Origin: Squalus acanthias
Taxonomy: Eukaryota
NCBI GenBank assembly: GCA_030390025.1
Contig: CM059433.1
Span: forward strand, 14,138,001-14,202,000
Length of the DNA: 64,000 nt
Direction: 5' to 3'
Below the pieces are notes generated by a model. That model did not search any database, had not been told where the DNA came from, and was given only the letters and a program-made list of their open reading frames with translations. The translations under genes and the position numbers were made by a program. Positions 37,136 to 49,858 of the stretch are shown here, in pieces; the stretch's first letter is position 1; each line of letters begins with the position of its first letter.

Positions 37136-40100
37136 TTGTTTCTCGCATAAACCTACAGGTATAGCTTAAATGCTAACTTGGCTCTGTTGCTCTGGTCATT
37201 ATCTTCATAAGAATCAAGTGTCTGGCTGAACTAACTGTTGTAGAGAGCAAACTTTAGCATGGATTAGACGATTTTCATTAAGCCACTGTTCTGCATGGTT
37301 TTGGAATGTATTGAGTCCAGGAGCAAGAGATTATTGTCTGCAACCTGCCAACAAGGGCTACAGTATTAAGTTATTGGGAAGATAGCTTTATTAAGGACTG
37401 ATGTTCTTTAAGGGGATGCAGCAATATGCTTTTTAAGGATTCCCTACTTTAGTAACACGCTTTCCGGCTAGCTTTATCACTTCTTTATAGCACAGCAGCT
37501 CAAAAGTAACGACTAAGAGAAGGAGCTCACTGTTTGTAATTGGAAAGAGCCTAGTGCTATTACAAAGTGCTGGTGAGCAGTCAACATCACCATCAATCTT
37601 TCTTAACAGAGTAGCTGGCTTGGTCTTTTCAATACTGAAGATAACACACTCCTATTTATCTGCGCACTGTCCAATTCTGTCTATATCTGGCTGCTGTGAT
37701 TCAGTTGCTGCTCGCCTTTCTGATGGGGAGTTAAATACTCTGTGGAGGGGTGGTATCTTCATCAAAGGGAACTGTGCCACTTTTGATGCCTCCTACTAGG
37801 TCAGGGTTGTCCAAGCACTTGGAGCTGAGGGCCGGATACAGGTATCGCAGCAGGCGCCACATATCATTGCACAAACAAATGAGCCTCCAATACAAAGAAA
37901 ATCCAAATACCCTCATACACAAAAAAAATCCAAGCTCCCTGACACAAAAGCTTCAATGTAACTCGGGATGGGAATCGGGGATGCGGGGGCTAAAGCAGGC
38001 GGTGAAACGTCCGGTCCCCCCCGGAGCATGAGGACCTGGAGAATTTAACGCCCGGGCCTCATTTACACGCTTCGACAATTAGTCCCACCCGAAGCTGGTG
38101 GGAATAACGTCATCGTCGGAGGATGGGAATCAAAATTCGATGGTAGTGGGGGAGGGGTTCGGGTCACCACCAGGTACCCACGGAAACAATCCCCAGCAAG
38201 GAAAGTAGGGATTGGGCAGGGGGAAATCGGACAGTCTGTGATCGGTCTGGCGCAGGGGAGGCCCAAGGTTTCCTTGTGTTGCCAAAAAAAGCAGTGCTTT
38301 TTGAGTATAGAAATAGGAGGATAGAGCAGATGAATGCGTGGCTGGAGAGATGGTGCAGGAGGGAGGGCTTCAGATTCCTGGGACATTGGGACCGTTCTGG
38401 GGGAAGTGGGACCTGTACAGGCCGGACGGGTTGCACCTCAACAGAGCCGGGACCAATGTCGTCGTGGGGGGGGGTTTGCTAGTGCTGTTGGGGAGGGTTT
38501 AAACTAATTTGGCAGGGGGATGGGTACAAGGATGTAGCATTAGAAAGGAGAAACAAAGTGCATAAAGGATTGGGAGAGACAGATAGCACTAGAGTAAGAA
38601 ATAGTAAGGTGGGGTCAGACTAAGAGAGAATACAAGAAGGTCTAAGACTGGTTTACAGTGCATGTGTATAAATGCATGAAGCATGGTAAATAAGGTTGGT
38701 GAGCTGCAGGCACAGATAGCCACATGGGAATATGACATTGTGGTGATAACAGAGACCTGGCTCAAAAAAGGTCAGGATTGGGTACTAAATATTTTTGGAT
38801 ATAAGGTGTTCAGGAAAGATAGGGAAGGAAAGAAAGGAAGTGGGGTGGCAGTATTGGTTAAGGAGAATGTTACAGTGCTGGAGAGAGAGGATGTCCTGGA
38901 GGGGTCAAGGACAGAATCTATTTGGTTAGATTGAGAAACAATAGAGGTGCCATTACACTACTAGGTGTATTCTATAGGCCACCAACTAGTGGGAAAGATA
39001 TAGAGGAGCAAATTTGCAGGGAAATTACAGAGAGGTGCAAGAACTATAGAGTAGTAATAATGGGGGACTTCAACTATCCTAATATAGATTGGGATAGTAA
39101 TAGTGTAAAAGGCAGAGAGGGAGAAGAATTTCTGAAGTGTGTTCAGGAGAACTTTCTTGATCAGTACATTTTCGGCCCAACAAGGAAGGAGGCATTGCTG
39201 GATCTGGTTCTGGGGAATGAGGTGGGTCAAGTGGAGCAAATGTCAGTAGGAGAACATTTAGGGAACAGTGATCACAAAGGTAATAATCTCTGGATTACTA
39301 CCTAAACTACGAGCAAATTGGTATAGGGTCAATAAGATCAGTGAGTTGAATACGTGGCTTAAGGATTGGTGTGGGAGAAATGGGTTTCGATTCATGGGGC
39401 ATTTGCACCAATACTGGGGAAAGAGGGAGCTGTTCCATTGGGACAGACTTCACTTGAACCATTCTGGGACCAGTGTCCTGGCGAATCAAATAACTAGGCC
39501 TGTAGATAGGGCTTTAAACTAAATAGTGGGGCGGGGGGGGGGCGGTGGGTTCAGGTGAGGGGAAACTTTGAAAGTTAACGAGAAAGGACAAGACTATAGT
39601 GCAGGGTAGCGATAGGGGTAATGATAACCAGAGTGTGACAGGAAGGGTCAGAGAGTACAAGCATAAGAGTGCACCAGCAAATAGGGTCAGAGTAGGGAAA
39701 AATGGTAAAAAGACAAACTTAAAGGCTCTTTATCTGAATACATGCAGCAGTCATAACAAGATAGATGAATTGATGGCACAAATAAAAATAAATGGGTATG
39801 ATCTGATAGCCATTACAGAGACGTGGCTGCAAGGTGACCAAGGCTGGGAATTGAATATTCAGGGATATTTGACATTTTGGAAGGATAGACAAAAAGGAAA
39901 AGGAGGTGGGGTAGCTCTGTTAATAAAGCATGGGATCAGTACAGTAGTGAGAAATGATCTTGGCTCAGAAGATCAAGATGTAGAATCAGTTTTTGTGAAG
40001 GTAACAAATAATAAGGGAAATAAGTCACTGGTGGGAGTAGTCTATAGGCCCCCTAACAGTAGCTACACTGTGGGACAGAGTATAAATCAAAAAATAATGG

Positions 40101-40562
40101 GGGGCTTGTAAGAAAGGTACTGCAATAATCGTGGGTGATTTTAATCTTTATATAGATTGGACAAATCAAATTGACAAAGGTAGCCTTGAGGACGAGTTCA
40201 TAGAGTCTATTCAGGACAGTTTCTTAGAACAATACATTGTGGAACCAACCAGGGAACAGGTTATTTTAGATCTGGTAATGTGTAATGAGACAGAATTAAT
40301 TAATGATTTCATAGTAAAAGATCATCTAGGGAAGAGTGATCATAACATTATAGAATTTCACGTTCAGTTTGAGGGTGAGAACCTTGGGACTGAAACTAGT
40401 GTCTTAAACTTAAATAAAGGCAATTGCAAGGGTATGAAGACAGAGTTGGCTAAAGTGGACTGCGAAAATAGATGAAAAGGTAAGATGGTAGAGAAGCAGT
40501 GGCAGACTTTTAAGGAGATATTTCATAACTCTCAACAAAGGTATATTCCAGTGAGAAAGAAA

Positions 40563-41395
40563 GGGCTGGATTTTCATTGACCCATGGAGGCGGGTTTGGA
40601 GGTGTGTGGGGGGTCAAAGTTGCAGATTCTAGGGTCCCTAACCCATCCCGCCCCCAACCCGCCTCCATGCCAGTTTCGCTGGAGGCGGGTACCCAACCTG
40701 TGCTGGGACCCGCCTCCCCGAAGCGGGAAGGGGATTAGTGGCAATAAACTGCCTGTTAACAGGCAGTTTTTTGCCTAACCCCTATTTTGATGCGTGAAAT
40801 GTGGGCTTCCCGACAGGTCCAAACCACGCCAAGTTAGCGAGGCGGACCGTGGGTCTGCAGGGGTTGGAGGGGTCGATATGTCCGGTGGGCAGGTGAGTGA
40901 TGAGTGCATATGTGCACAGATAAGTGTGTAAAGTAAGTGTAAAGTGTGGGAAAAAGTTTTACTTACCTTAACTTCCTCCTGCAGGTGTCAGCCCTTCAGG
41001 TCTCGGGAGTCAGAAATCTCACCGGCACAGAAAACAGAATGGCCGTGGTGCTGTCAAAAACTACAGCCTTTGTTTTCTGTGCTGGAATGATTTCTAATTC
41101 AGCCTGAGAGGAAGGACTCAAGTTAGAAGACAGATTGTCAGTGTTTGACAGCTTCACAGAGCTGTCAAACGCTGATATTTCATCTGTCAAAAGCTCTTGA
41201 CAGATGAAATGTCAATCTGTGATGTCACCTGTTGCCGGGTGGCCCTTAATTGGCCTGCTGAGCTCGCTGGGCGGGCTCAACAAGGTCAATCAAGTAAAAA
41301 TGCAATGGGTTGGCCACAAGTCGATGGAGGCGGGACTACAACCCAAAAAGTGGGAGTCCCGCCTCCATCACGTCCCCAGTATCAAAATCCAGCCC
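40563..41395 (-). mobile_element. Harbinger MITE related to element 9242-12567
   Basis: Perfect 12-bp TIRs GGGCTGGATTTT / AAAATCCAGCCC. The rc of ~40700-41395 aligns to 9242-9945. It interrupts CR1 ORF2 (AAA/TAA target). Confidence 0.88.
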
Positions 41396-41845
41396 TAAGA
41401 CTCTATGAGAAGGATGAACCATCCATGGCTTACTAAGGAAGTTAAGGAGGGTATCAAATTGAAAGAAAAGGAATACAATGTTGCGAAGATTAGTAGTAAG
41501 CCAGAAGATTGGGACATTTTTAGAAACTTGCAAAGGTTGACCAAAAAAATAATAAAGAGGGAGAAAATAGATTGAGAGTAAACTAGCAAGAAATATAAAA
41601 ATGGGCACTAAGAGCTCATACAAGCATATAAAAAGGAAGAGAGTAGCTAGAGTAAACGTTGGTCCCTTAGAGGATGAGACTGGGGAATTAATAATGGGAA
41701 ACAAGGAAATGGCAGAGACTTTGAACACATATTTTGTATCTGTCTTCACGGTAGAAGACACTAAAAGCATCCCAATAATAGTGGGAAATCAAGGGGCAAA
41801 AGGGAGGGAGGATCCTAAAACAATCACTATATTAAGAAATAAGTA

Positions 41846-42322
41846 GAAGTGTGGAAATGTAACGAAGTTAAGATTTGAGAATAAGGATCTCTGATAAGAA
41901 ATGTAAGCTATTTGTATTTTGAACGATTAAAGTTGCGATTGCCATAGCAGCTGTTTACTAAATGTCGGTTCTTTAATAAATCTATATATTTTTAGAATAG
42001 TCTCACAGAGTATTTTGTATCAATCTTGCAAACTCAATTTCTGTACACTCTTCACAAAGGAGTTGCAGAATTCTGGGGGATATTCCGGACCCTCATAATA
42101 TCCGGAAGGTTACAGTTTAGTTGAACTTATTAAAAGTACTATCCGGAGGACGGTAACATCTTTAGACCATTTCTTTCCTTTAGGGAGAGGTAGTCTGACC
42201 TTTAGACCCAATTAAGCGTCTTATGGGATCCGGCTACCACTAACTTTAGTTGAAGGTAAACGTCTGGGGAATACGCCTGATCTGGGGTAATCCGAAAGGG
42301 CTAGGACTTGTAATCCCTTCAA
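41846..42322. other. Non-CR1 insert, possibly an LTR/ERV fragment
   Basis: Replaces the CR1 RT region. It contains a TG..AATAAA..CA block followed by tgggggatattccgg, weakly like a tRNA-Pro primer-binding site (PBS). Confidence 0.3.
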
Positions 42323-43767
42323 GAATTCTGGTCTCCTTATTTAAGGAGGGATATACTTGCATTGGAGGCAGTTCAGAGAAGGTTCACTAGGTTGATTCCT
42401 GGGATGAAGGGGTTGTCTTATGTGAAAAGGTTGAGCAGGTTGCACCTATGCTCATTGGAGTTTAGAAGAATGAGAGGTGATCTTATTGAAACATAAGATT
42501 CTGAGGGGCTTGACAGGGTGGATGCTGAGAGGATGTTTCCCCTCGTGGGGGAATCTAGAACTAGGGGGCATAGTTTCAGAATAAGGGGTTGCCCATTTAA
42601 GACGGAGATGAGGAGGAATTTCTTCTCTCAGAGGGTCGTGAATCTTTGGAATTCTCTACCCCAGAGAGCTGTGGAGGCGGAGTCATTGAATATATTCAAG
42701 GCTGAGATAGACAGATTTTTGAACTACAGGGGAGTCAAGGGTTATGGGGAACAGGCAGAAAAGTGGAGTTGAGGCCAAGATCAGATCAGCCATGATCTTA
42801 TTAGAAGGCAGAGCAGGCTCGAGGGGCCAAATGGTCTACTCCTGCTCCTATTTCTTATGTTCTTATCATAGTATCATAAGGTTTAGACTAGCTATGGAAA
42901 AGGACATCACTTCAACCAATCTTTTGATCATCTCTCCTAACTATCCCTCAAAGTATTGGCACCCATTTTTTCTCCTCTGTGAATTGCCTTGGGACATTTT
43001 TCTATATTAAAAGTACTAATTAACCCAAGTCATTGCTGTTGATGGCATCTCATTTACAGTCTATCTAATTTTACTTGACTTCTGATAAGCTAGTCCCTTT
43101 ACTTGCTTCCAGCGAATCCACAAATGTAGTTGTTCTGTTTATTTTTAAGCTATAATAACCTGAATACCTCACAAGCACCATTGTTATTGTTGACCCTTCT
43201 GTGGTAGATGACTGTTTAGGCAGTATAACATTTTTATTCCATTTTGATATGCACTTCCCCCATAACTTTTAAACCTGAAAGAACTGGTACCACCAAGAAG
43301 TTCTGGAAGTCCACTGAGCTTTAATAGAGTCCACTGCAAAAAACAATAAGATTCTGCTATGAATTGTGCTTCAACTGTGAGCGGAAGGAAATGCAAGTAT
43401 CCTCAGACCTCCAGTAATTGAAGCCTTAATACAGTAATCATGAGAACTGGGTATTCTCAAAGGAATAGCTGTTCATTCCGAATTACAAAACAACTCCTTT
43501 CTAAAATGCTGTTGACTTTTGGCATGGCATTTTCCAATGATTGAAGATATGAGCAATTTATGTTTGACAACAGTTCTTTCTTTCATTAAACTTTGTTACC
43601 TAATAATAAAAAAAATGACATTTAGAATCCATGACTTTCATGGCTCAAAGGTGTGATCATCACTTCAACTGCAAATTAAACATAATGGTCACATTGTACA
43701 TTCTCACAGAGTCATTAGTGCAGCCGTTTTATTTTTTAAAAGGTTTATTAGTGACAGGCCACAAATA

Positions 43768-44070
43768 GGCCCTGATTTTAATTTGGGGGCGGGATTGTTG
43801 CATGCAGCGGTGGGGGGGGGGGAGGGTGGTCGACGGGCTGTGGCAAGTTACAAACTCACATGCCAAGGCCTGGAGAGATGTTAAGTCCCGGGCCTTAGTT
43901 CCGTAATCAGGCTCGGACTCATGTCTGAACCCGGTAGTGATCACTGCCTGGCTGAAGGGCAAGAGCAGGACTTCGGGTGGCAGCAGGCCGTCGCCGGGGG
44001 CCCGTGGGACATGAAGGGAGCGGGTAAGTTCGGTTGACGTCAGGCAGGGGGAGTTAAAGTCAAATCCATA
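43768..44070. mobile_element. GC-rich Harbinger-type MITE fragment
   Basis: Starts ggccctgatttt and ends gttaaagtcaaatcc. Contains TGACGTCA and a GGTAAG donor. Confidence 0.45.
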
Positions 44071-44189
44071 ATCTCTTCAGAAAACTCAGTTGAGAAAGAG
44101 CTAGAATGCATCACTATCAAATCTTGTAGTAATCTTCATTACTCCTTAACTCCAGAACATGGGTTTAAACCCATACCAGGTGTCTACTT

Positions 44190-44518
44190 TCCTAATGCAG
44201 TGAGTAGTTGAAGCTTCAAGTCAGGAAGGCCCCAGGGTTAATTCCAAGTGTGTGTTGAGTTAAGTGAACTCTTAAAGAGTTGGCATAAATTAGCCTCAAT
44301 TTGCCTGGTTAGGGAGGGGAAAGTCAGCCATGGTTCTTGTCTTTGATCACTCTCCATACCCCTGTGTATTTACATTGGGTAGGGATAAGATTGGGCTTGA
44401 CTGTGATTCTTCCACTGTTAAATGACTTGCCAACACTTATTGTTGAGGCTTGTCCGTGAATAACAACCATTTGGGCAAGGTATTTGAGGGTGTCAGCACT
44501 TGTGGTATCGTAGCCTGA
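44190..44518 (+). mobile_element. Old LF-SINE-like element
   Basis: gttgagttaagtga..aattagcctcaa..ggttagggagggga..gtcagcca..tgatcactctcca..caacacttattg..ccatttgggcaaggta. Confidence 0.6.
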
Positions 44519-44519
44519 G

Positions 44520-44932
44520 AATTACAGCACAAAACAAGGCCATTCGGCCCACTGTGCCTGTTCCGGCTCATTGAAAGAGCTATCCCATTAGTCCCACTTT
44601 TCCCCCATAGTCCTGCAAATTTTTCCGCTTCAAGTATTTATCTTATTCCCTTTTGAAAGTTATTATTGAATTTGCTTCCACCACCCTTTCAGGCAGTGCA
44701 TTCCAGATCATAACAAATCACTGTTTAAAAATAAAATTCTCACCTCCCCCCGGTTCTTTTGCTAATTATCTTAAATCTGTGTCCTCCAGTTACCAACCTT
44801 CCTGCCAGTGGAAACAGTTTTTTTCCCTATAAACCCCTCATAGTTGTGAACACCTCTATTAAATCACCCGTTAACCTTCTCTGCTCTAAGGAGAACAATC
44901 CCAGCTTCTCTCGTCTCTTCACATAACTGAAG
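44520..44932 (-). mobile_element. CR1 3' fragment
   Basis: Same subfamily as 388-705 (rc ctggaatgcactgcctgaaagggtggtggaa). Confidence 0.85.
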
Positions 44933-45616
44933 GAGTCAAAGCTTTCAGACGTGAAGGGGAGAAAACTCGTAGCACAAAAGAGCAAATTAATCCATTTGAG
45001 GAAAAGGTATTTTTCTCACGCCATGGGTATACTTGCCTTGCAGCTCGAGTTCCCACCAGTTAGAGGTAGCATATTGTAACTGCAGTTGTGTTGCCCTGGT
45101 TAGACTAACTACACACTGTGAGCACTCTAATTCTTCCAAGTTACAGAGCACCTCTAGGCCTATGGACCAATGTACTGGCAGAATTATGCATTGTATACAA
45201 CGGTAATTCTCTGACTTTCAGTGAATGTTGGAGCACCAACAGTATGAAATTAGCATAACCGAGACCACACATTGCACTTACTTGCCTGTGCGTTATCTGT
45301 CGACCTCAGGGGTGAAAATCTTGCCGTCATACAAGTGCCTTGAATTCTAGTACATTGGGTTAGCTCCTCGGATTACACTGGAGCTCATCCACCACCAGGC
45401 TACTGGTTTGCTGTAACCTGGGTGGAAGCAGCACCATGAGGAAGAGGGAACAGCGGCTGGAGTGTGGGATTTTTGCATTGCACTTCACAGTCATAGTGGC
45501 ATATTTCCAGCAGCAAAGCTGCCGACTGTCATTTATTTCTTGGAGTCTCTTTCATTCTTTTTCATATTCCACAGTGGCCACAATTCAAAACATTAACATT
45601 ATATTGTTATTTGTTT

Positions 45617-46960
45617 GGGGGGTAGAAATTGGACCTCATTGCGCCCATTTTACAGGCATAAAACAGAGCCAACAAAGGTCGATATAATGGGACCAACGTT
45701 CCACGCCCAAAGGAGGCCTAAAAGACGTCTGACCAATATTGGGTTGTTTGATTTTTCAGGCGTCCCTGGTGGATGCTTAAAACAGGTGTTAGGCCCCTTA
45801 CATATGAGGGGCTTAACGACTGTGTTACAACCCCCCTTATCAAAATTCTATATCGCAGAGTGATGCAGAAGCTGGGCTGCTCTGTTAGAGATTTCTAACT
45901 GCTCGTTGGGCGACCACCACCAAAGGGTAAGGGGGAAAAATTCAGTTGGTTGCGCCTCCCGTTAGCGCCTTAAGAGGGCGCTAATGGGGCGCAAAGCAAC
46001 TAGCGCCCGGGCGCGGCGATGTTTGCTCCGCTCACGAAATTAACTAGACATTTTGCGGCAGCGCTAAACACTACCGCCACGATCTCCTGCGCCGGCAGAT
46101 CGTGACGTCAGTCGAGTGCGCAACGCCCCGGTATCGTCCCGGAGCGGATATTGAGTGGCGCCCCCTGCCTTACCGCCTGACGCTAGCAACGACAGGTTGA
46201 GGGGAGCGTTTTGCAGTCATGAAGGGACTGGGGGAGCGCTATTTAAAGGCGACCGCTTCCTGCCTTTTATTGTTGGTGCCATTTTTGAACCACGCATTCT
46301 GAGAGAGAGAGAGAGAGACTTCTGGAGAGATTCAACGCTGTGTGAAGGAGTTTTGGGTACTGAGCAGCACTTTGCAGGTTCATTTTGATTTGCCATTCCT
46401 TGTATCGATTTAGAAGAGATTGTTGGGGCTGCACTCTAAGCTCTTTCCCTGGTACTCTCCATTGTTCTTTCCAGCAGATTTGATGTGCAGGTCTCTCCAG
46501 GCCGGGATTCAAGGCTGCAATGAGCAGGATGTGGATGGAAAGCAAGATCAACCATCCCCTTTAAGAACTGGCCGGTGCCATTGTGTGTGTGTTCCATTGC
46601 TGACTGACATCACATGATCTTCGCCAGCGCTCTGAGGTAACGCCTCGCTCATCGGCCTTTGCGCCTTCAGGCAGGTGTGAAGCGCCTGATTTAGCGCTCC
46701 AATCACCTCCAGGGGCGATAAAAGTCAAGTTTGCAGTCGGTGGCGATAATTAACGGCAGGCGCTAATCTTTGCGCCCGGCCGATAATTGCGCCCCAAATG
46801 GGGCGATACTGAATTTCTCCCCCTAAGTGTTTTAAACTAAAATACAATAAAATCATTGCTGTGGAGCCAAGAGGAGCAGGAGTGCGCCCCTGACTCCACA
46901 GATTGCCGATTGCCCCACCCCCCCCTCCCACCATTGCCACTCCACATCCCCACTAACCAC
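45617..46960. mobile_element. Harbinger-type MITE hosting M1 copy 2
   Basis: Starts gggggtagaaattgg, and the sequence aagggtaa|gtgtttt is split by M1. The right end is uncertain. Confidence 0.45.
45931..46823 (+). mobile_element. Harbinger-type MITE family M1, copy 2
   Basis: Same TIRs and length (893 bp) as copy 1, with a TAA TSD at 45928-30 / 46824-26. Confidence 0.92.
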
Positions 46961-48301
46961 CCCCGCCCCCCCCCCCCACTCTGGGACTAAACTTCGGGCC
47001 ACTGCCTAATGGGAGAGATGCTTGTGGCGAAGCGGCCCAATTAATATTAATGAGGCCCGAGGCTGAATTCCGTGCAAACCTCGGGCGAACCGGTTCGGGC
47101 ACACATTGTGGCCGCCTTCGCACGCCTGAACCGAAAGGCCCGAGACCTTTTTGAAACTGGGCGCCGACTAATTTATACCCTGAGAGTCTTATTTTGGACA
47201 ATCCCAGGATAGCGAGTCAGAAGATTTGGCATATAACAGCAGTGGGCGTCCATTTTTGTGATAGCGTTTGAGGTGTGTTGTCAGGGAAGTAAAGTTGGGG
47301 AGGTGATTTTTTATCACTTAGGTCCACATAGAAATCGGAATTTTCACTGCCTCAGTCTATTTACGCCAAACTGAATTATTCAATTAACAAACTGCTCTAC
47401 ATAAGGTAAGCGTTCCAATTCACAGACTGTCTCACTTGCCCTAACCAGATTGCCAGTAAGGCTGATCTATGCCACATCTGATGCAACAAGACTGTGATAT
47501 GATGTGAGGTGAATATAGATACCTGTTTTGCAGTGCTATCACCTTTCATCTTGACGACCAGGACAATGTAGAATATTTACTGCTGTACAAATGTACTATG
47601 GCATAAAATATTCACTTGAGTGTAGTCGGCTGCACTGATAGAGACAGCTTTGACATATTTGCCAACTAGAGATCACTTCGTAGTACTGATGGAATACCAT
47701 ATTCAATATTATATACAGTCTTACAGTATTTGCATCGTAAATGGTCAAACTGTCGTAGAAGGAGAGGTGGATGACAATCTCAAATAACAATTCCAAAAAC
47801 GAAGCATTCAAGTAATAATATAATATATTTGCAGCTGTTTCCTGCACTGTTGTATATCTTATGTCTTTAATCTTTAATTATCTATTATCTTTAATGGCGG
47901 ATGGTTTAAAAATTAATGCACGGAAACATAATGGAGGCTTAAAATGTGCTTATCTCACATAATGTGCAAGGCTTGGCAGATAAATTATGGTAAAACATAC
48001 AGGACCCTACAAGAGAATAACTGTACAATCTATCTGGAGACGCAAAATATTAGTAAGTTGAAAACGGTAAGTTACAGTTATAGCACAATTTAGATAGGTT
48101 AGTAGAGGAAAATTAAAGCACGCATGTTAAGGTCATAACATTCAAGGAAGATGGCCGGTTGCCAGAAGCTACTAATATAGATGAGTTGGTTAAATTATGT
48201 TCTCGTCCCTGACAGCTGCTTGCCACTGCAGCATTCATACACACACACACTCACTGGCAAATCTCCAGTTGTGCCATTTATGGTAGGTTGGAGGACAGAC
48301 T

Positions 48302-48830
48302 GGGGCCAATTTTAACCCTGCCCGCCCCGCAGCCGACAGTTCCCAATTTGAACTTGTAGCTGGCAAGGGCATCCGCCCAAAATAGCGGGGTCCTTTTTTA
48401 CACAGGCATGTCGGGTCCCAACGACATCATTGGGACCCGAGCTCAATTTTAACTGGGCGGCCTGAGCAGGAAGCTGCCGTTGCTTGCGTACCAGGTGAAG
48501 ACAGCCGGGGAGAGGCTCGGGGCCAGAAGAGGCCCCAACAGTTCATTTTTTCTACTTCCCTCTTGGGGTCAGGAGGAGCAAGAGCGCACCTCCATGCCCC
48601 ACAGGAAAGCTTAAGCCTTGTGGACTCGCACCCCCCCCCCCCGCCCCCCGCCTTCCCGATCGTGAGACCCTTGTGAGACCTACCTGGGGTCGATGGGCAG
48701 CCTCCTAGCCATGAGATTTTCCGCTGCTTCCCACCCAGAATGGGCGAGGTTTATACGTTAATATTGGCCGGGTCTAATTCAGCTGCAGTAACCCCACAGT
48801 CTGTTAAACTCCAGGCCATTGTTTTTTAAT
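48302..48830. mobile_element. GC-rich MITE-like element
   Basis: Starts ggggccaattttaac and ends near gttaaactccaggcc. The interior is CpG-rich. Confidence 0.45.
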
Positions 48831-49074
48831 AAGGACAGGAGTATTATAACATGTAACGCACATGTGTTTCTTGTGTTGCTAAAGTGCAGCTGTATGCAAT
48901 GTGTAATTGCTGTGCTTTTCTGGGGTCAGTTAGAGGCTAATTGCCTTAGCATATCTTCAGGTAAGTTGTAGGTCATACTGGTTTTCTTCTTTTTAAATTT
49001 GTTTTTTTAACTCTGAACTGTGAAGTGAATTGGAAGGTAATTCTTATTTCTAATATACAGAGAAACAACCCAAC

Positions 49075-49622
49075 AATAAGAACATAAGAAAATAAGAAAT
49101 AGAAGCAGGAGTAGGCCATACGGCCCCTTGAGCCTGCTCCACCATTCAATAAGATCATGGCTGATCTTCTACCTCAATTCCACTTTTCCGCCCTATCCCC
49201 ATATCCTTTGATTTTGGTGTCTAAATATCTATTGATCTCAGTCTGCTGAATTAATTGCTCAATGACTAAGCATCCTCAGCCCTCTGGGGTAATGAATTCC
49301 AAAGATTCACAACCCTCTGAGTGAAGACATTTCTCCCCCACCTTAGTCATAAATGGCCGACCCCTTATCCTGAGACTATGACCCCTAGTTCTCGACTCTC
49401 CAGCCAGGGGAAACAACCTCTCAGCATCTACCCTGTCAAGCTCTCTAATACTTTTATACATTTCAATGAGATCACCTCTCATTCTTCTAAACTCCAGAGT
49501 GTATAGGCACATTCTACTCAATCTCTCCTCATAGGACAACCCTCTCACCCCAGGAATCAATCTAGTGAACCTTCGGTGCACCCCCTCTAAGGCAAGTATG
49601 CCCTTCCTTAAGTAAGGAAATC
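49075..49622 (-). mobile_element. CR1 3' fragment
   Basis: RRFTRLIPGVRGLSYEERL..RGDLIEMYK..., with a (TAAGAAMA)n tail. Confidence 0.9.
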
Positions 49623-49647
49623 AGATTTGGCAAACTGACTAATGAAG

Positions 49648-49858
49648 TAGAATCATAGAATCATAGAATGGTTACAGCACAGAAGGAGGCCAGTCGGCCC
49701 TTCGAGCCCGTGCCGACTCTCTGCAAGTACATTTCAGCCAGTCCCACTCGCCTGCCCTTTCCCTGTAGCCCTGCAAATTTTTTTCCTTCAGGTACTCATT
49801 CAATTCCCCTTTGAAAGCCACGATTGATTCTGCCTCCACCACCCTTTCAGGCAGTGAA
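49648..49858 (-). mobile_element. CR1 3' fragment
   Basis: LPERVVEAESIVAFKGELNEYL, with a (TAGAATCA)n tail. Confidence 0.85.

Larger units (their letters stand above)
39275..42864 (+). mobile_element. CR1 (inner, nested): esterase end, endonuclease, tether and 3' end, with the RT middle lost
   Basis: VIISGLLP..LNTWLKDWCGRNGFRF..LHLN, YDLIAITETWL, GVVYRPP and GKSDHN. The 3' end lies at 42325-42864, with an ATCA duplication at 39271-74 / 42865-68. Confidence 0.85.
38303..42908 (+). mobile_element. CR1 (outer): ORF1 SGNH-esterase end and ORF2 endonuclease, interrupted at 39274 and resuming at 42865
   Basis: NAWLERWCRREGFRFLGHW..DGLHLN, then YDIVVITETWL, GVFYRPP, MGDFNYP and HLGNSDH|SIIRFRLAMEKD across the insertion. 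Confidence 0.85.

Noticed and set aside
37491..37571. AG...GT-bounded ~81-nt candidate exon
   Set aside because: The translation is unrecognisable and there are no supporting neighbouring exons.
47596..47847. 83-aa minus-strand ORF in unique DNA
   Set aside because: AT-rich, with a non-ATG start and no motif. Expected by chance.
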